Source of the DNA: Coxiellales bacterium
GTDB taxonomy: Bacteria > Pseudomonadota > Gammaproteobacteria > CBDETP01
DNA: 64,000 nt
NCBI GenBank assembly: GCA_965242995.1
Contig: CBDETP010000003.1
Coordinates: 83,304 to 147,303 of the forward strand
Direction: 5' to 3'
Of this stretch, positions 42,458 through 52,386 are shown piece after piece (the first letter of the stretch is position 1; each line of letters begins with the position of its first letter). A model generated the notes under the pieces. The model was not told the DNA's origin. It saw nothing but the letters and a program-made list of their open reading frames with translations, and did no database searches. The position numbers were made by a program, and so were the translations under genes.

Positions 42458-43096
42458 GGGTGTATGCTCCTTTGGTTAATTAAATTCGATCCAGTGTAGG
42501 CTATAACTATTATTTTGTACAGCCGCCATGTGTAGTAATTCTGTGGTTTTTTTAGGTGCTTTTATCGAATAAAAAAAGACGCCCTACAAGCTTGACCTAC
42601 GTAATAGGCGCGCAGATACGTAAGATATTTCTTACTAAATCGTAGGACAACCTGGCTTATTTTTCACCATTAACTTTCAGGTTTGCCGTCTAATGTGTTG
42701 ATTTAAAATAATAAAACACTGACCCAGCCAGTATTTATTTTAACCAGCAAGAAATAAAAATGCGCAAGTGGTTTTTTTTTGTTAAATTTTTGGTAAATTA
42801 GGAAACAGGTGGTTTTAAAAATGATCAATCAAAGGGGGGGGATAACTTTGAGGAAATGAGTGTTGTGCTAATAGATAACCGTCTACTATAAACAAATAGA
42901 TCGTTAAAATAAAGCACAATAACAATTTTGAAGTTTGCTATGACAAGGATGTTGTAAATAGGCAAGGATGCCTTAAGAGGCTTCAAATCATAAGATCATT
43001 TTTCAAGACCGCCATTGGCGGTCTTTTTTTTTATTAAAATTATGAAAAATATCTGGTAGACTCGTTCTATATTTTTTAGCTATTGGTGGTTCTTTT

Positions 43097-43606
43097 ATGC
43101 GCATTTTTTGGATTTTCGTCTGTTTACTTTGTCTTTCGGGTTGCGCAATCAAGCCTACAGATTTGGGTTTTAATCACCAGCATTGGGATCAGCTCGGTAA
43201 AATTAAGCAGCAGCAGTTAATTGAACAATATAAGCAAACACAAAAATCGTCTTTTAATTTAGGCCAGCCAGTTGCTGGCTCTGCAATTGAAGTGCGAGTT
43301 AGCAATGGCCAAATGATGATGCCCCCATTTCTTGACTACAATGATTATCAACCAGTTTCTTTTGTTTTATTTGAAAATCAATGCAAAAAAACAAAGGTGT
43401 TGTCGCTGACTGGCAAGCAAAAAATAAATTTATCAGCGTGTTATTACGAAAATATTTTAAGTTTAGATGGCAGTGAGTACGACATGAAAAAAAGAATGGG
43501 TACTTTGTTTATTCATTCTAGTCCGTCTGTGGAAAAAGGGTTTTACCTATTATGGATTGTTCAGCGAAGGTTATGTTCGTTTGAAGCAGGTCAGTATTTA
43601 CATTAA
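43097..43606 (+). CDS. lipoprotein of unknown function
   Basis: Lipobox LSGCA; 169 aa; no recognisable domain. Confidence 0.4.
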   Translation: MRIFWIFVCLLCLSGCAIKPTDLGFNHQHWDQLGKIKQQQLIEQYKQTQKSSFNLGQPVAGSAIEVRVSNGQMMMPPFLDYNDYQPVSFVLFENQCKKTKVLSLTGKQKINLSACYYENILSLDGSEYDMKKRMGTLFIHSSPSVEKGFYLLWIVQRRLCSFEAGQYLH

Positions 43607-43633
43607 AACTCAGCCAAGTTTGACATCCTCATC

Positions 43634-44335
43634 ATGAAATGTTTAGCATTTGACTGTTCTTCTTCTTCTTTTACGGTTGCTTTAAAATCAGAAGATAAAA
43701 TAATTCAAGTGCATAAGTCAGCTGTTAATCAGCATGCAGAATTAATATTGCCGTCTATTGAAGAGCTGTTGCAAAATAATAATATTAAGTTAGCTGAAAT
43801 AGATGCCATTTTTTATGGTAGGGGTCCCGGTAGCTTTATGGGGATTCGGACAGCGGTGAGTGTGGCGCAAGGCCTGTCTTTTGCTGAAAATATTCCGCTC
43901 ATTGCTTTGTCTAGTCTGCAAATTATTGCTCAAGTTGCCTGCAAAGCACGGGCTTGCTCTAGAATAGTAGTGGCAACAGATGCGCGTTTGGGAGAAGTTT
44001 ATTTGGCAGCTTTTCAGGTCATTGATGGTGGCTCTTTACAGCAGGTTGGGGAAGAGAAGGTTTTAGCACCAGAAGCGATTAATCTGCCTGATGGTGATGA
44101 ATGGTTTTTAGCTGGAAATGGCTGGTCAACTTACGCTGATAAAATAACAATAACACAGTCGAGTAATGTGGTTTTAGTGGAAAATATTATTTATCCAGAG
44201 GCAAAACATATGTTTAGCCTTGGAGAGAAATTATTAAAAGCAGGTTATAAGCATTTTTCAGAGCAAGCTGAGCCTTGTTATGTTCGTAATAATGTTGCTA
44301 AAACGAAAGCGCAACAAAAAAGAGGTAATTTATAA
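43634..44335 (+). CDS. tsaB: tRNA threonylcarbamoyladenosine biosynthesis protein TsaB (YeaZ)
   Basis: Kae1/YgjD-like N-terminal fold (FDCSSSSFTVAL..., GPGSFMGIRT); 233 aa. Confidence 0.75.
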   Translation: MKCLAFDCSSSSFTVALKSEDKIIQVHKSAVNQHAELILPSIEELLQNNNIKLAEIDAIFYGRGPGSFMGIRTAVSVAQGLSFAENIPLIALSSLQIIAQVACKARACSRIVVATDARLGEVYLAAFQVIDGGSLQQVGEEKVLAPEAINLPDGDEWFLAGNGWSTYADKITITQSSNVVLVENIIYPEAKHMFSLGEKLLKAGYKHFSEQAEPCYVRNNVAKTKAQQKRGNL

Positions 44336-44697
44336 TGTCAAAGATAAGTAAGCAAGAAGAGGTGGTTTATAAAAAAAGAAGTAAGTTGGTGGTGTTTGCT
44401 TTGATTTGTGTTTGCCTTGCAGTTGCTTTTGGACACATGTTGTTTCCTGTTGCGCTGGGTGCTTTTGTTCTGACGGGAGGTGTTTGGGGCACATTGCTTG
44501 CCTCTATTTGCTTTATTGGTGTGGCCTGTTTGCTGGCATTTATTTTCACAGGAGTGGGTTTGCTGCTGCTTGGGGTCTTTGCTTTTGCATGGACATTAGT
44601 TGTGATATTTTTGTTTCCTTTTTTCTTTCCTGTGTTAGTGCCGCTGTTAATTGTATTATTGTTTATTTCATTTCTTAGGCGTCGATCTAAACGCTAA
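44335..44697 (+). CDS. small integral membrane protein
   Basis: 120 aa with 3-4 TM helices and a basic C-terminus. Confidence 0.35.
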   Translation: MSKISKQEEVVYKKRSKLVVFALICVCLAVAFGHMLFPVALGAFVLTGGVWGTLLASICFIGVACLLAFIFTGVGLLLLGVFAFAWTLVVIFLFPFFFPVLVPLLIVLLFISFLRRRSKR

Positions 44698-44720
44698 ATA
44701 TTCATATCAAGGAGTTGCTG

Positions 44721-45134
44721 GTGAAAGTTTTTTTATGGATGTTGCTGTTTTTTTCTTGTTTTTTTGAAATTAACGCATTTGCGGTTACGCCAAAATTGAG
44801 TAAAGAAGTTGTTTATACCGATCCCAATAAGTCTATTCGAGTGAGCGCAAAAAATCCTGAAATAGTTTTAACGCTGCAATCTAATGCAACCACAGGTTTT
44901 TCTTGGTTTTTATTAAGAAGTCCAGAGAGGTTTATTAAATTTGTATCTCATCGCTTTGTCGCACCAAATAGTAAATTAATTGGTGCCCCCGGCCATGAAG
45001 TTTGGACGTTTAAAGCAATGCCCGCAGCGTTTGTTGCGCCGCGGGTGATGAGAATTACAATGCTATATGCCCAGCCCTGGAGCTTAAGTGGCGCGCAAAA
45101 AACAAAGTTTTATATCGCAACAGAATCTAATTAA
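44721..45134 (+). CDS. secreted chagasin-family (I42) cysteine-peptidase inhibitor-like protein
   Basis: Signal peptide plus an NATTGFSW motif, which corresponds to the chagasin NPTTG(Y/F)xW signature. About 120 aa mature, of beta type. Confidence 0.5.
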   Translation: MKVFLWMLLFFSCFFEINAFAVTPKLSKEVVYTDPNKSIRVSAKNPEIVLTLQSNATTGFSWFLLRSPERFIKFVSHRFVAPNSKLIGAPGHEVWTFKAMPAAFVAPRVMRITMLYAQPWSLSGAQKTKFYIATESN

Positions 45135-45143
45135 CTAGCACTT

Positions 45144-46847
45144 TTATTCTTCTATTTTTTTATAAGGAAGATAAGCCGGTTGCCATTGGTGTTGTTTAAT
45201 CGCTTCTTCAACACCTATTTCAGGCTCTTTTGCTACACCCTCTTTAATGGCTTGTTTGGCAACGGCACAGGCGATGCTAAAGCTAAATTCTTCAGCTTGG
45301 TCAATGCGAGGCAGCAATAGATGAGGATCATCTTGAATGAATTCGCAAAGTGTTAAGCTGGCAATGTGCAGCATATCATCAGTAATGCTTTCTGCTTGAA
45401 TAGCACTTGCACCCAAGCCAATGCCAGGAAAAGCCAGGTAATTATTGCACTGACTGAAGTGAATGGTTTTACCATTTTCTTCAATACCAGGAAATGGGCT
45501 GCCTGTTGCGGTGAGAACCTTGCCATTTGTCCAGCGGTAAAGCTCTGCAGGATTGGCCTCTGATTTTTCATTGGGGTTGGATAAAGGGAAAATAATAGGG
45601 CGATCAACGTGGTTGGCCATCTCTTTTACGGTGGCTTGATTAAAAGCATTGTGGTGGGTGGAGCAACCGATAAGAATAGTTGGTTTAACGTGCTTAACGG
45701 TTTCAAATAAAGTGATGAGGTGCTTGTCTGAGCAGCTCCAATTAGCAACCTGTTCGGTTTTTTTCAAGAATGGTTGCTGGGAGTAAGTAATGCCGGGTGA
45801 GCTTTCTAGCAATAGTCCGTGACGATCAATGATCCAAATTTTATCCAATGCTTCTTGCTCGGATAAACCTTCGCGCAACATGGCTTCATAAACAACATTA
45901 ATCACACCAATGCCTGCTGTTCCTCCGCCATAAACGATAATTCTTTGTTCTTTTAATGTTTTAAATTCCGTTTTTTGAATGGCGGATAAAATTGCAGCCA
46001 AACAAACTGTGCCAGTGCCTTGGATGTCATCATTAAAGCTGAGTATTTTGTCCCGATAGGTGGTTAGATTATAGTGAGCATTGTCTCGGCCGAAATCTTC
46101 CCAGTGTAGTAAAACCTTCGGGAATTTTTCTTTCACGGTTTCAACAAATAAAGCGATAAATTTTCTATATTCGTCACCTTTTATTCGAGGGTGACGCCAG
46201 CCTAAATACAGTGGATCATTTAATAGCTCTTCATTGTCAGTACCAACATCAAGAACAATGGGAATGTTTTTTAAAGGATTAATATTAGCAAAGGCAGTAT
46301 AAACGGTTAATTTGGCAACAGGAATGTCCATCGCACTAATGCCTTGGTCACCAATGCCTAAAACGCCTTGGCCATCACTAACAACAATTAATTCCACAGT
46401 TGGATGCGTTCGGTTATCAAGGATTTCACTTATTTTATCTCGGTCTGGATAGCTGATGTAAAGTCCGCGAGGTTGCCTGAATTTACGGTTAAATGATTGC
46501 ACAGCAGTGCCAACAATGGGTGTGTATACGGTTGGCATCATTTCTAAAAGATATGATTTTATGAGTTTGTAATATAAGGTCATATTTGTATTAAGAATAT
46601 TACATAAATAAATATTACGATTAAGTTGTTCATCATAAGACCGGAATTGTTGATAAGCGCGTTCGACTTGTTCGTCCAGTGTTTCAACGTGGTAGGGGAG
46701 CTTGCCGATTAAATTAAAGTTTTCACGCTCTTCTTGAGTGAAGGCGGTGCCTTTATTTAATTGCGCAATAGATAGCAGTGATTTGCCATGCACATTCGTC
46801 TCAAGGACTTTTTTTCCTTGTTTTTTTTTGATTTCATAATTAATCAT
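45144..46847 (-). CDS. maeA: NAD-dependent malic enzyme
   Basis: 567 aa with strong malic-enzyme collinearity (FNDDIQGTG..., GAGTAGIG). Confidence 0.85.
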   Translation of the reverse strand: MINYEIKKKQGKKVLETNVHGKSLLSIAQLNKGTAFTQEERENFNLIGKLPYHVETLDEQVERAYQQFRSYDEQLNRNIYLCNILNTNMTLYYKLIKSYLLEMMPTVYTPIVGTAVQSFNRKFRQPRGLYISYPDRDKISEILDNRTHPTVELIVVSDGQGVLGIGDQGISAMDIPVAKLTVYTAFANINPLKNIPIVLDVGTDNEELLNDPLYLGWRHPRIKGDEYRKFIALFVETVKEKFPKVLLHWEDFGRDNAHYNLTTYRDKILSFNDDIQGTGTVCLAAILSAIQKTEFKTLKEQRIIVYGGGTAGIGVINVVYEAMLREGLSEQEALDKIWIIDRHGLLLESSPGITYSQQPFLKKTEQVANWSCSDKHLITLFETVKHVKPTILIGCSTHHNAFNQATVKEMANHVDRPIIFPLSNPNEKSEANPAELYRWTNGKVLTATGSPFPGIEENGKTIHFSQCNNYLAFPGIGLGASAIQAESITDDMLHIASLTLCEFIQDDPHLLLPRIDQAEEFSFSIACAVAKQAIKEGVAKEPEIGVEEAIKQHQWQPAYLPYKKIEE

Positions 46848-46916
46848 AGGAGGGTCGCCTTACTGTGGTTTTAGCAGCAGTCTAGCATGATTGAAGGCAG
46901 TAAGTTAAGGAGCTTG

Positions 46917-47768
46917 TTAATTGTTTTGGCTATCTGGAAGATCTTTGTTGGCATGGTAAATGCCTTGGTGATCATTGCTGTAAATGCGCTCAGGATGCCA
47001 GGGTAGATCACGAAAGCTACCAGGATTATCAAGTGGTAAAATAGGGTATTTAATAATATTGAAATAGGGTGAATAATCAAAATCACAAGGTGCATATAGC
47101 TTAGGATTTCGCTGGATTAGCTCTAAGTTTTTTTCAGTGTTTTCTTGAATTAAAGGCAGAATGGGGTAATGAATTGAGCCAAAAGCCTCGGCAATCATGG
47201 TTGAACAAATATCTTGAGTCGCCTGCCCTGGATTGTATTCAAATAAAGTCGATTGCCAGCGCCAAGAAAAAAATTTACTGGAGGATAAAAAGCGCCATAA
47301 ATCTAAAATTTGTCTTATATTATAGGGCCTGCCTAGGCGATTTAACGCAAAGCTAACCACTTTTTTGGCGTCTTCTTTCGGTAGATTGCGAGCTCGGCAA
47401 ATACGAAGATGCTCAAGATGGTAGTTTTTTAAAGGAGCAACCAGCGTGCCCCGACCGACAATGCTTTCAATAACCAAAGGGGTATCATCAATATCGGAAT
47501 GGTATGGATGTATCAGCTTAAGTAATTTTTCATCCTGAATTTCACTGGGGCGTCCAATAAATAATGCCGCATGAGTCCAAGGGCTATGCGTTATGTTTTT
47601 AATGATTCGACTGATGCGATTGCGCCCTTCGACAAGTAGCACATCACTGGGTTGAATTTGATCGCTGAGTTCTTGAAAGTTTGAGTAATAAGGGCGGGGC
47701 GCCATAACTTCTTTAGTAAGATAGTTATAAAAAAAATCACTCAAACTTTTTGTAATTTTCTTAATCAT
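46917..47768 (-). CDS. hypothetical protein, possible YiiX/YebB-like permuted papain-fold enzyme
   Basis: Weak pattern match: GDVLLVEG..., WTHAALFIG (His), and a later Cys (QDICSTMIAEAF). Confidence 0.3.
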   Translation of the reverse strand: MIKKITKSLSDFFYNYLTKEVMAPRPYYSNFQELSDQIQPSDVLLVEGRNRISRIIKNITHSPWTHAALFIGRPSEIQDEKLLKLIHPYHSDIDDTPLVIESIVGRGTLVAPLKNYHLEHLRICRARNLPKEDAKKVVSFALNRLGRPYNIRQILDLWRFLSSSKFFSWRWQSTLFEYNPGQATQDICSTMIAEAFGSIHYPILPLIQENTEKNLELIQRNPKLYAPCDFDYSPYFNIIKYPILPLDNPGSFRDLPWHPERIYSNDHQGIYHANKDLPDSQNN

Positions 47769-47771
47769 TCT

Positions 47772-49142
47772 TTAGGCTTTTTGCTGGCATTGCTTATGAG
47801 CATTTCCGGTGTAATTATGCGGGGTCATGTCCAGTAGTTGTTTTTTCGCAGTTTCTGGGATGGGAAGCGTTTGAATAAAGTCTCCAAGAGACTCTTTATT
47901 GATTTGCTTGCCTTGGGTTAATGTTTTTAGCTTTTCGTAGGCATTAGTGACACCATGACGGCGCAAAATGGTTTGAATGGCTTCGCCTAAAACTTCCCAG
48001 TGCTGATCTAAATCTTGATTCATTGCCTCTTCATCGGCTGAAACTTTACTTAAACCCTGGGTAATAGACTGATAACCAATCAGTGTGTGAGCAAAAATGA
48101 CGCCTAAATTTCTAAGCACGGTTGAGTCACTTAAGTCTCTTTGCCAGCGCGAAATAGGCAGCTTTTCAACAAAATGTGCGGCTAATGCATTGGCAATGCC
48201 AAAATTGCCTTCGGCATTTTCAAAGTCAATTGGGTTAATTTTGTGTGGCATAGTTGAGGAGCCAACCTGGTTGCCCATTTTTTTCTGACGTAAATAACCC
48301 AAGCTAATATAGCCCCAAACGTCACGACATAGGTCAATTAAAATATTATTAATGCGCATAATACAGGCTAATAATTCAGCCAAATTGTCATGTGACTCAA
48401 TTTGTGTGGTGTGCGGATTCCAAGTTAGACCAAGCTGACTGACAAAATGCTCAGAAACTGCGGGCCAGTTTACTTTGGGGTAGGCCGCATAAAGCGCATT
48501 GTAATTGCCGACTGCACCATTGCATTTGCCATAAATTGGCATGCCTCTTAGTTGGTCAAGTTGCAAGCCTAAGCGATGGTGAAAGACCATGCATTCTTTG
48601 CCTAAAGTGGTTGGTGAGGCGGCTTGTCCGTGTGTTCTGGACAGCATCGGGGTGTTGGCGTGTTGGTCACGGAAGTCCGCCAGTAGTGCTAAAACTTCTT
48701 CAAAAGCAAATTGCAAAACATTATCACAACCTTCTTTGAGCATAAGGCCGTAGGCAAGGTTGTTAACGTCCTCAGACGTTAGGCCAATGTGTATAAAAGG
48801 TATTAATGATTTTAATTCTTTTTGTTCGGTGAAAATATCGCGCAAATAGTATTCAACTGCTTTAACGTCATGATGCGTTTGAGCTTCTAGTGCTTTTATT
48901 TTTTTAGCCTCATCCACTGAAAAGTTAGTAATGATTGCCTGGAGTGATGCTTCCTGCTCAGTTTCCAGGGTCTTTGGTGCCTCTATGGTTGGATCTGCTG
49001 CAATGGTCATTAGCCAGCAAACTTCAACCACCGTGCGATATTGAATTAAAGCAAATTCACTGAAAGTGGGTTTGAGTAATGCAGTTTTCTGATGGTAGCG
49101 ACCATCGATAGGAGAGATAGCAGTTAGTGGTGAGAATTCCAT
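47772..49142 (-). CDS. purB: adenylosuccinate lyase
   Basis: 456 aa; fumarate-lyase family; PurB-like throughout. Confidence 0.9.
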   Translation of the reverse strand: MEFSPLTAISPIDGRYHQKTALLKPTFSEFALIQYRTVVEVCWLMTIAADPTIEAPKTLETEQEASLQAIITNFSVDEAKKIKALEAQTHHDVKAVEYYLRDIFTEQKELKSLIPFIHIGLTSEDVNNLAYGLMLKEGCDNVLQFAFEEVLALLADFRDQHANTPMLSRTHGQAASPTTLGKECMVFHHRLGLQLDQLRGMPIYGKCNGAVGNYNALYAAYPKVNWPAVSEHFVSQLGLTWNPHTTQIESHDNLAELLACIMRINNILIDLCRDVWGYISLGYLRQKKMGNQVGSSTMPHKINPIDFENAEGNFGIANALAAHFVEKLPISRWQRDLSDSTVLRNLGVIFAHTLIGYQSITQGLSKVSADEEAMNQDLDQHWEVLGEAIQTILRRHGVTNAYEKLKTLTQGKQINKESLGDFIQTLPIPETAKKQLLDMTPHNYTGNAHKQCQQKA

Positions 49143-49324
49143 GGTATTAGAAAATCCTTATCTGTTTGGGTCGTAAATTATCATACCTGATTAATGCTGT
49201 TGAGGAAAAGTAATTGAGCAATTTTAATCTGTGTGGGTTTTTTTCTTGCTGGAAAGATCGGCTAATCTCCTATAATATGACCGGCACAACTGAAATAATA
49301 AGCTTTTAAAAAAAGGTGGGTTCT

Positions 49325-50413
49325 ATGAATTTTATTGATTTATCCAAGCAATATGCCCGCATGAAGAGCGAAATTGATGCTAATATTCAAAAAGTTTTAG
49401 ATCATGGTCGCTATGTGATGGGGCCAGAGATTACTGAGGTTGAACAGCAGTTAGCTGACTTTGTCGGCGTGAAGCATTGTCTTGCTGTTTCGAGCGGCAC
49501 CACAGCACTGCAAATAGCATTAATGGCACTTGAGATAGGGCCTGGCGATGAAGTAATTACCACAGATTTTAGCTTTTTTGCCTCCGCTGAGGTCATTTTG
49601 CTGGTTGGTGCAAAGCCGGTTTTTGTCGATATTGATCCGGTCACCTACAACATAGATCCAGACAAGTTAGAGGCAGCAATCACCGAGCGTACTAAAGCGA
49701 TTGCACCGGTCAGCCTTTACGGGCAGTGTGCCGACATGACGGCTATTAACGCAGTGGCTGCCAAGCATGGTCTTGCGGTTGTTGAGGATGCAGCACAAAG
49801 TTTTGGTGCCTTGCACCACGGCAGGCGCTCTTGTGGTTTGAGCACAATCGGTTGCACCAGTTTTTTCCCAACCAAGCCTTTAGGTTGCTATGGTGATGGC
49901 GGTGCTTGTTTTACGGATGATGCTGAGTTGGCGGAAAATATCAGGCAAATTCGTCAGCATGGTGAGGCTTCACGGTATAATCACGTGCGGGTAGGTATTA
50001 CAGGTCGATTAGCAAGCATCCAAGCGGCGGTTCTGAAAGTGAAGTTAAAATACTTTCCTGATGAAATTATTCAGCGTCAGCAAGCCGCAGCTATGTATAC
50101 GGAAAAGCTTGCTGGTGTGATTAAAACGCCACAAGTGGTTGATGGGAATGAGAGTGTGTTTGCTCAATACACAATTGAAGTTGATGATAGGGAAGCCTGG
50201 CAGAAAAAACTACAAGAGCGCGGCATACCAACGGCGGTTCATTATCCTAAAACACTGCATGAGCAAAAAGCGTGTGAGGGTATAGAATGTGTCACGCCCC
50301 ATGCGCTGTCAGCAGCAAGACGAGTCATGAGCTTGCCTTTTGGTCCGGATATTGCTGAATCAGAAATCAATGAGGTGGTGAAAGCCATTAAGCAGGTGGT
50401 GGTGAATGGCTGA
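49325..50413 (+). CDS. DegT/DnrJ/EryC1-family PLP-dependent sugar aminotransferase
   Basis: Aminotransferase fold with a conserved Lys region. AAGGTGG RBS. Overlaps rfaH by 8 nt, consistent with an operon. Confidence 0.75.
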   Translation: MNFIDLSKQYARMKSEIDANIQKVLDHGRYVMGPEITEVEQQLADFVGVKHCLAVSSGTTALQIALMALEIGPGDEVITTDFSFFASAEVILLVGAKPVFVDIDPVTYNIDPDKLEAAITERTKAIAPVSLYGQCADMTAINAVAAKHGLAVVEDAAQSFGALHHGRRSCGLSTIGCTSFFPTKPLGCYGDGGACFTDDAELAENIRQIRQHGEASRYNHVRVGITGRLASIQAAVLKVKLKYFPDEIIQRQQAAAMYTEKLAGVIKTPQVVDGNESVFAQYTIEVDDREAWQKKLQERGIPTAVHYPKTLHEQKACEGIECVTPHALSAARRVMSLPFGPDIAESEINEVVKAIKQVVVNG

Positions 50414-50927
50414 GTCAGAGTCACACGCTAAGAGGTGGTATTTAGTTCAGACCAAGGTTCGGCAAGAGCAAGTGGCGGTGGATAATTTAGAATATCAGGG
50501 CTATGAAGTTTATCTGCCAATGCTGGAGGTTCGTCGGCGTCGAAGACTAAAAATGACTTGTGTTGTTGAGCCAATGTTCCCCCGTTATTTGTTTATTCAT
50601 TTAGACACTTCTGCTGACAATTGGTCACCGATTCGCTCAACGCGCGGCGTTAGCCATATAATCCGATTTGGCCAGCAGCCAGCTTTTATTGCTGATGAGC
50701 TAATTGAATTGCTACACTTAAGAGAGCAGGGCAAGGATACTAAAAAAGAGTCGGCATCAACTTTTGAAAAGGGCGAAAAGGTACAGATAATTGCCGGTGC
50801 TTTTGCAGGGCATGAGGCGATATTTAACGCCGAATCCAGTGATGAGCGCGTTTGTTTGCTACTTGATATCGCCGGGCGGCATACCCAAATTAAAATTCAC
50901 CAAGATCAGGTTGACTCAGCTCAGTAG
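50406..50927 (+). CDS. rfaH: transcription antiterminator RfaH (NusG paralogue)
   Basis: WYLVQTK..., TRGVSHIIRFG (versus E. coli RfaH TRGVSHFVRFG), and a KOW-like C-terminus. Confidence 0.75.
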   Translation: MAESESHAKRWYLVQTKVRQEQVAVDNLEYQGYEVYLPMLEVRRRRRLKMTCVVEPMFPRYLFIHLDTSADNWSPIRSTRGVSHIIRFGQQPAFIADELIELLHLREQGKDTKKESASTFEKGEKVQIIAGAFAGHEAIFNAESSDERVCLLLDIAGRHTQIKIHQDQVDSAQ

Positions 50928-51058
50928 TTTTGTTGCTTTTGTTGCTTTTGTTGCTTTTGTTGCTTTTGTTGCTTTTGTTGCTTTTGTTGCTTTTTGTTGC
51001 TTTTTGTTGCTTTTTGTTGCTTTTTGTTGCTTTTTGTTGCTTTTGTTGCTTTTGTTGC
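50928..51058 (+). repeat. tandem microsatellite: (TTTTGTTGC)6-(TTTTTGTTGC)5-(TTTTGTTGC)2
   Basis: Direct reading. The array starts at the rfaH stop codon. Confidence 0.9.
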
Positions 51059-51129
51059 CATATCTGTTTGATGTTTAAGTCAAGCTCCCGCAGCTTTGAT
51101 TGGTGCGTCAGCCCCCTTAAAGCTGCCTT

Positions 51130-51142
51130 GATAAAGGCTCCC
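51130..51142 (+). repeat. homopolymeric C13 tract
   Basis: Direct reading. Lies about 250 bp upstream of the first LPS-cluster gene. Confidence 0.85.
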
Positions 51143-51294
51143 CCCCCCCCCCTGAAATGCCCAGTGCTTTTTTTTAGTTCAAACTTGTATTTACCTTAGC
51201 GTTTGGTACCATGTCCGCTCGATAACTTTTTGGTGTAATGTGGTTTTTTGCCCGTAACACCCACGCTTTTTAAGATGCCTAACTGACACGGTAG

Positions 51295-51306
51295 GGCGGT
51301 AGCGTG
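51295..51306 (+). promoter_or_regulatory. ops element (GGCGGTAGCGTG), RfaH recruitment site / JUMPStart core
   Basis: Exact 12-mer match to the ops consensus, 88 nt upstream of the TTG start of 51394. Confidence 0.75.
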
Positions 51307-51393
51307 TTTGGGATCTTGAGTACGACGAATTATTGTGACAAAAAAATAATGTGCTTTTTGAAAGGTTTTGAGTAAAATGAAGAGGTTGTTACA

Positions 51394-52386
51394 TTGAAAA
51401 AAATATTTATTACGGGAGCAGATGGATTTATCGGCTCACATTTAGCTGAACGATTAGTTCGTGATGGTTATCAAGTTAAAGCACTTGCGCAATATAATTC
51501 ATTTAATTCTTGGGGATGGCTTGACTCCTCATCATTAAAAAATGATATGGAAGTTGTTACGGGTGATGTACGCGATCCTTTTGCGATGAAAACGTTCATG
51601 AAAGGTTGTGATGCCGTATTGCATTTAGCGGCACTTATTGCAATCCCTTATTCCTATCATGCGCCAGCAAGTTATGTTGATACGAATGTATCAGGGACAT
51701 TGAATATTGTTCAAGCTGCACGTGAATTAGGTATTTCAAAAGTCGTACATACATCAACAAGTGAAGTTTATGGTACGGCAAAATATGTGCCTATTGATGA
51801 ATTACATCCACTACAGGGTCAATCGCCTTACTCAGCGTCAAAAATTGGTGCTGATCAAATGGCCATTTCTTATTACAACTCCTTTGAAACACCTGTTGCG
51901 ATTATTAGGCCGTTTAATACTTACGGGCCACGGCAATCAGCCCGCGCGGTGATACCAACAATTATTTCACAAATAGCGAGCGGTAAACGTGAGATTAAGT
52001 TAGGCGCATTAACACCAACACGTGACTTTAATTATGTTGCAGATACCGTAAGTGGTTTTGTTTCAATGCTTGAGTCTGAGAAATCAATTGGTGAAGTTAT
52101 TAATATTGGTAGCAATTATGAAATATCGATTGGCGATCTCGTTAAAACTATTGCGCAAGTGATGAATGTTGATGTGAATGTTATTGAAGACGACCAACGT
52201 ATTCGCCCTGCTAATAGTGAAGTTGAAAGACTTTGGGCAGAAAACAAAAAAGCTAAAGAGCTCACTGGCTGGGTGCCTGAGTTTTATGGAATCGAAGGCT
52301 TGCGTAAAGGGCTAGTCGAAACAGTCGAATGGTTTACACAAGAGCAGAATTTAGCCCACTATAAAACAGATATATATAACGTATGA
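51394..52386 (+). CDS. NAD-dependent sugar-nucleotide 4,6-dehydratase/epimerase (LegB/PseB-like)
   Basis: Rossmann GxxGxxG (ITGADGFIGSHL) and a YxxxK active site. TTG start with AAGAGG RBS. Confidence 0.6.
   Translation: MKKIFITGADGFIGSHLAERLVRDGYQVKALAQYNSFNSWGWLDSSSLKNDMEVVTGDVRDPFAMKTFMKGCDAVLHLAALIAIPYSYHAPASYVDTNVSGTLNIVQAARELGISKVVHTSTSEVYGTAKYVPIDELHPLQGQSPYSASKIGADQMAISYYNSFETPVAIIRPFNTYGPRQSARAVIPTIISQIASGKREIKLGALTPTRDFNYVADTVSGFVSMLESEKSIGEVINIGSNYEISIGDLVKTIAQVMNVDVNVIEDDQRIRPANSEVERLWAENKKAKELTGWVPEFYGIEGLRKGLVETVEWFTQEQNLAHYKTDIYNV

Noticed and set aside
50791-51199. Two overlapping ORFs (95 and 89 aa) rich in FVAF / poly-Leu
   Set aside because: Translation through the TTTTGTTGC microsatellite and C-tract. 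Low complexity, with no RBS.
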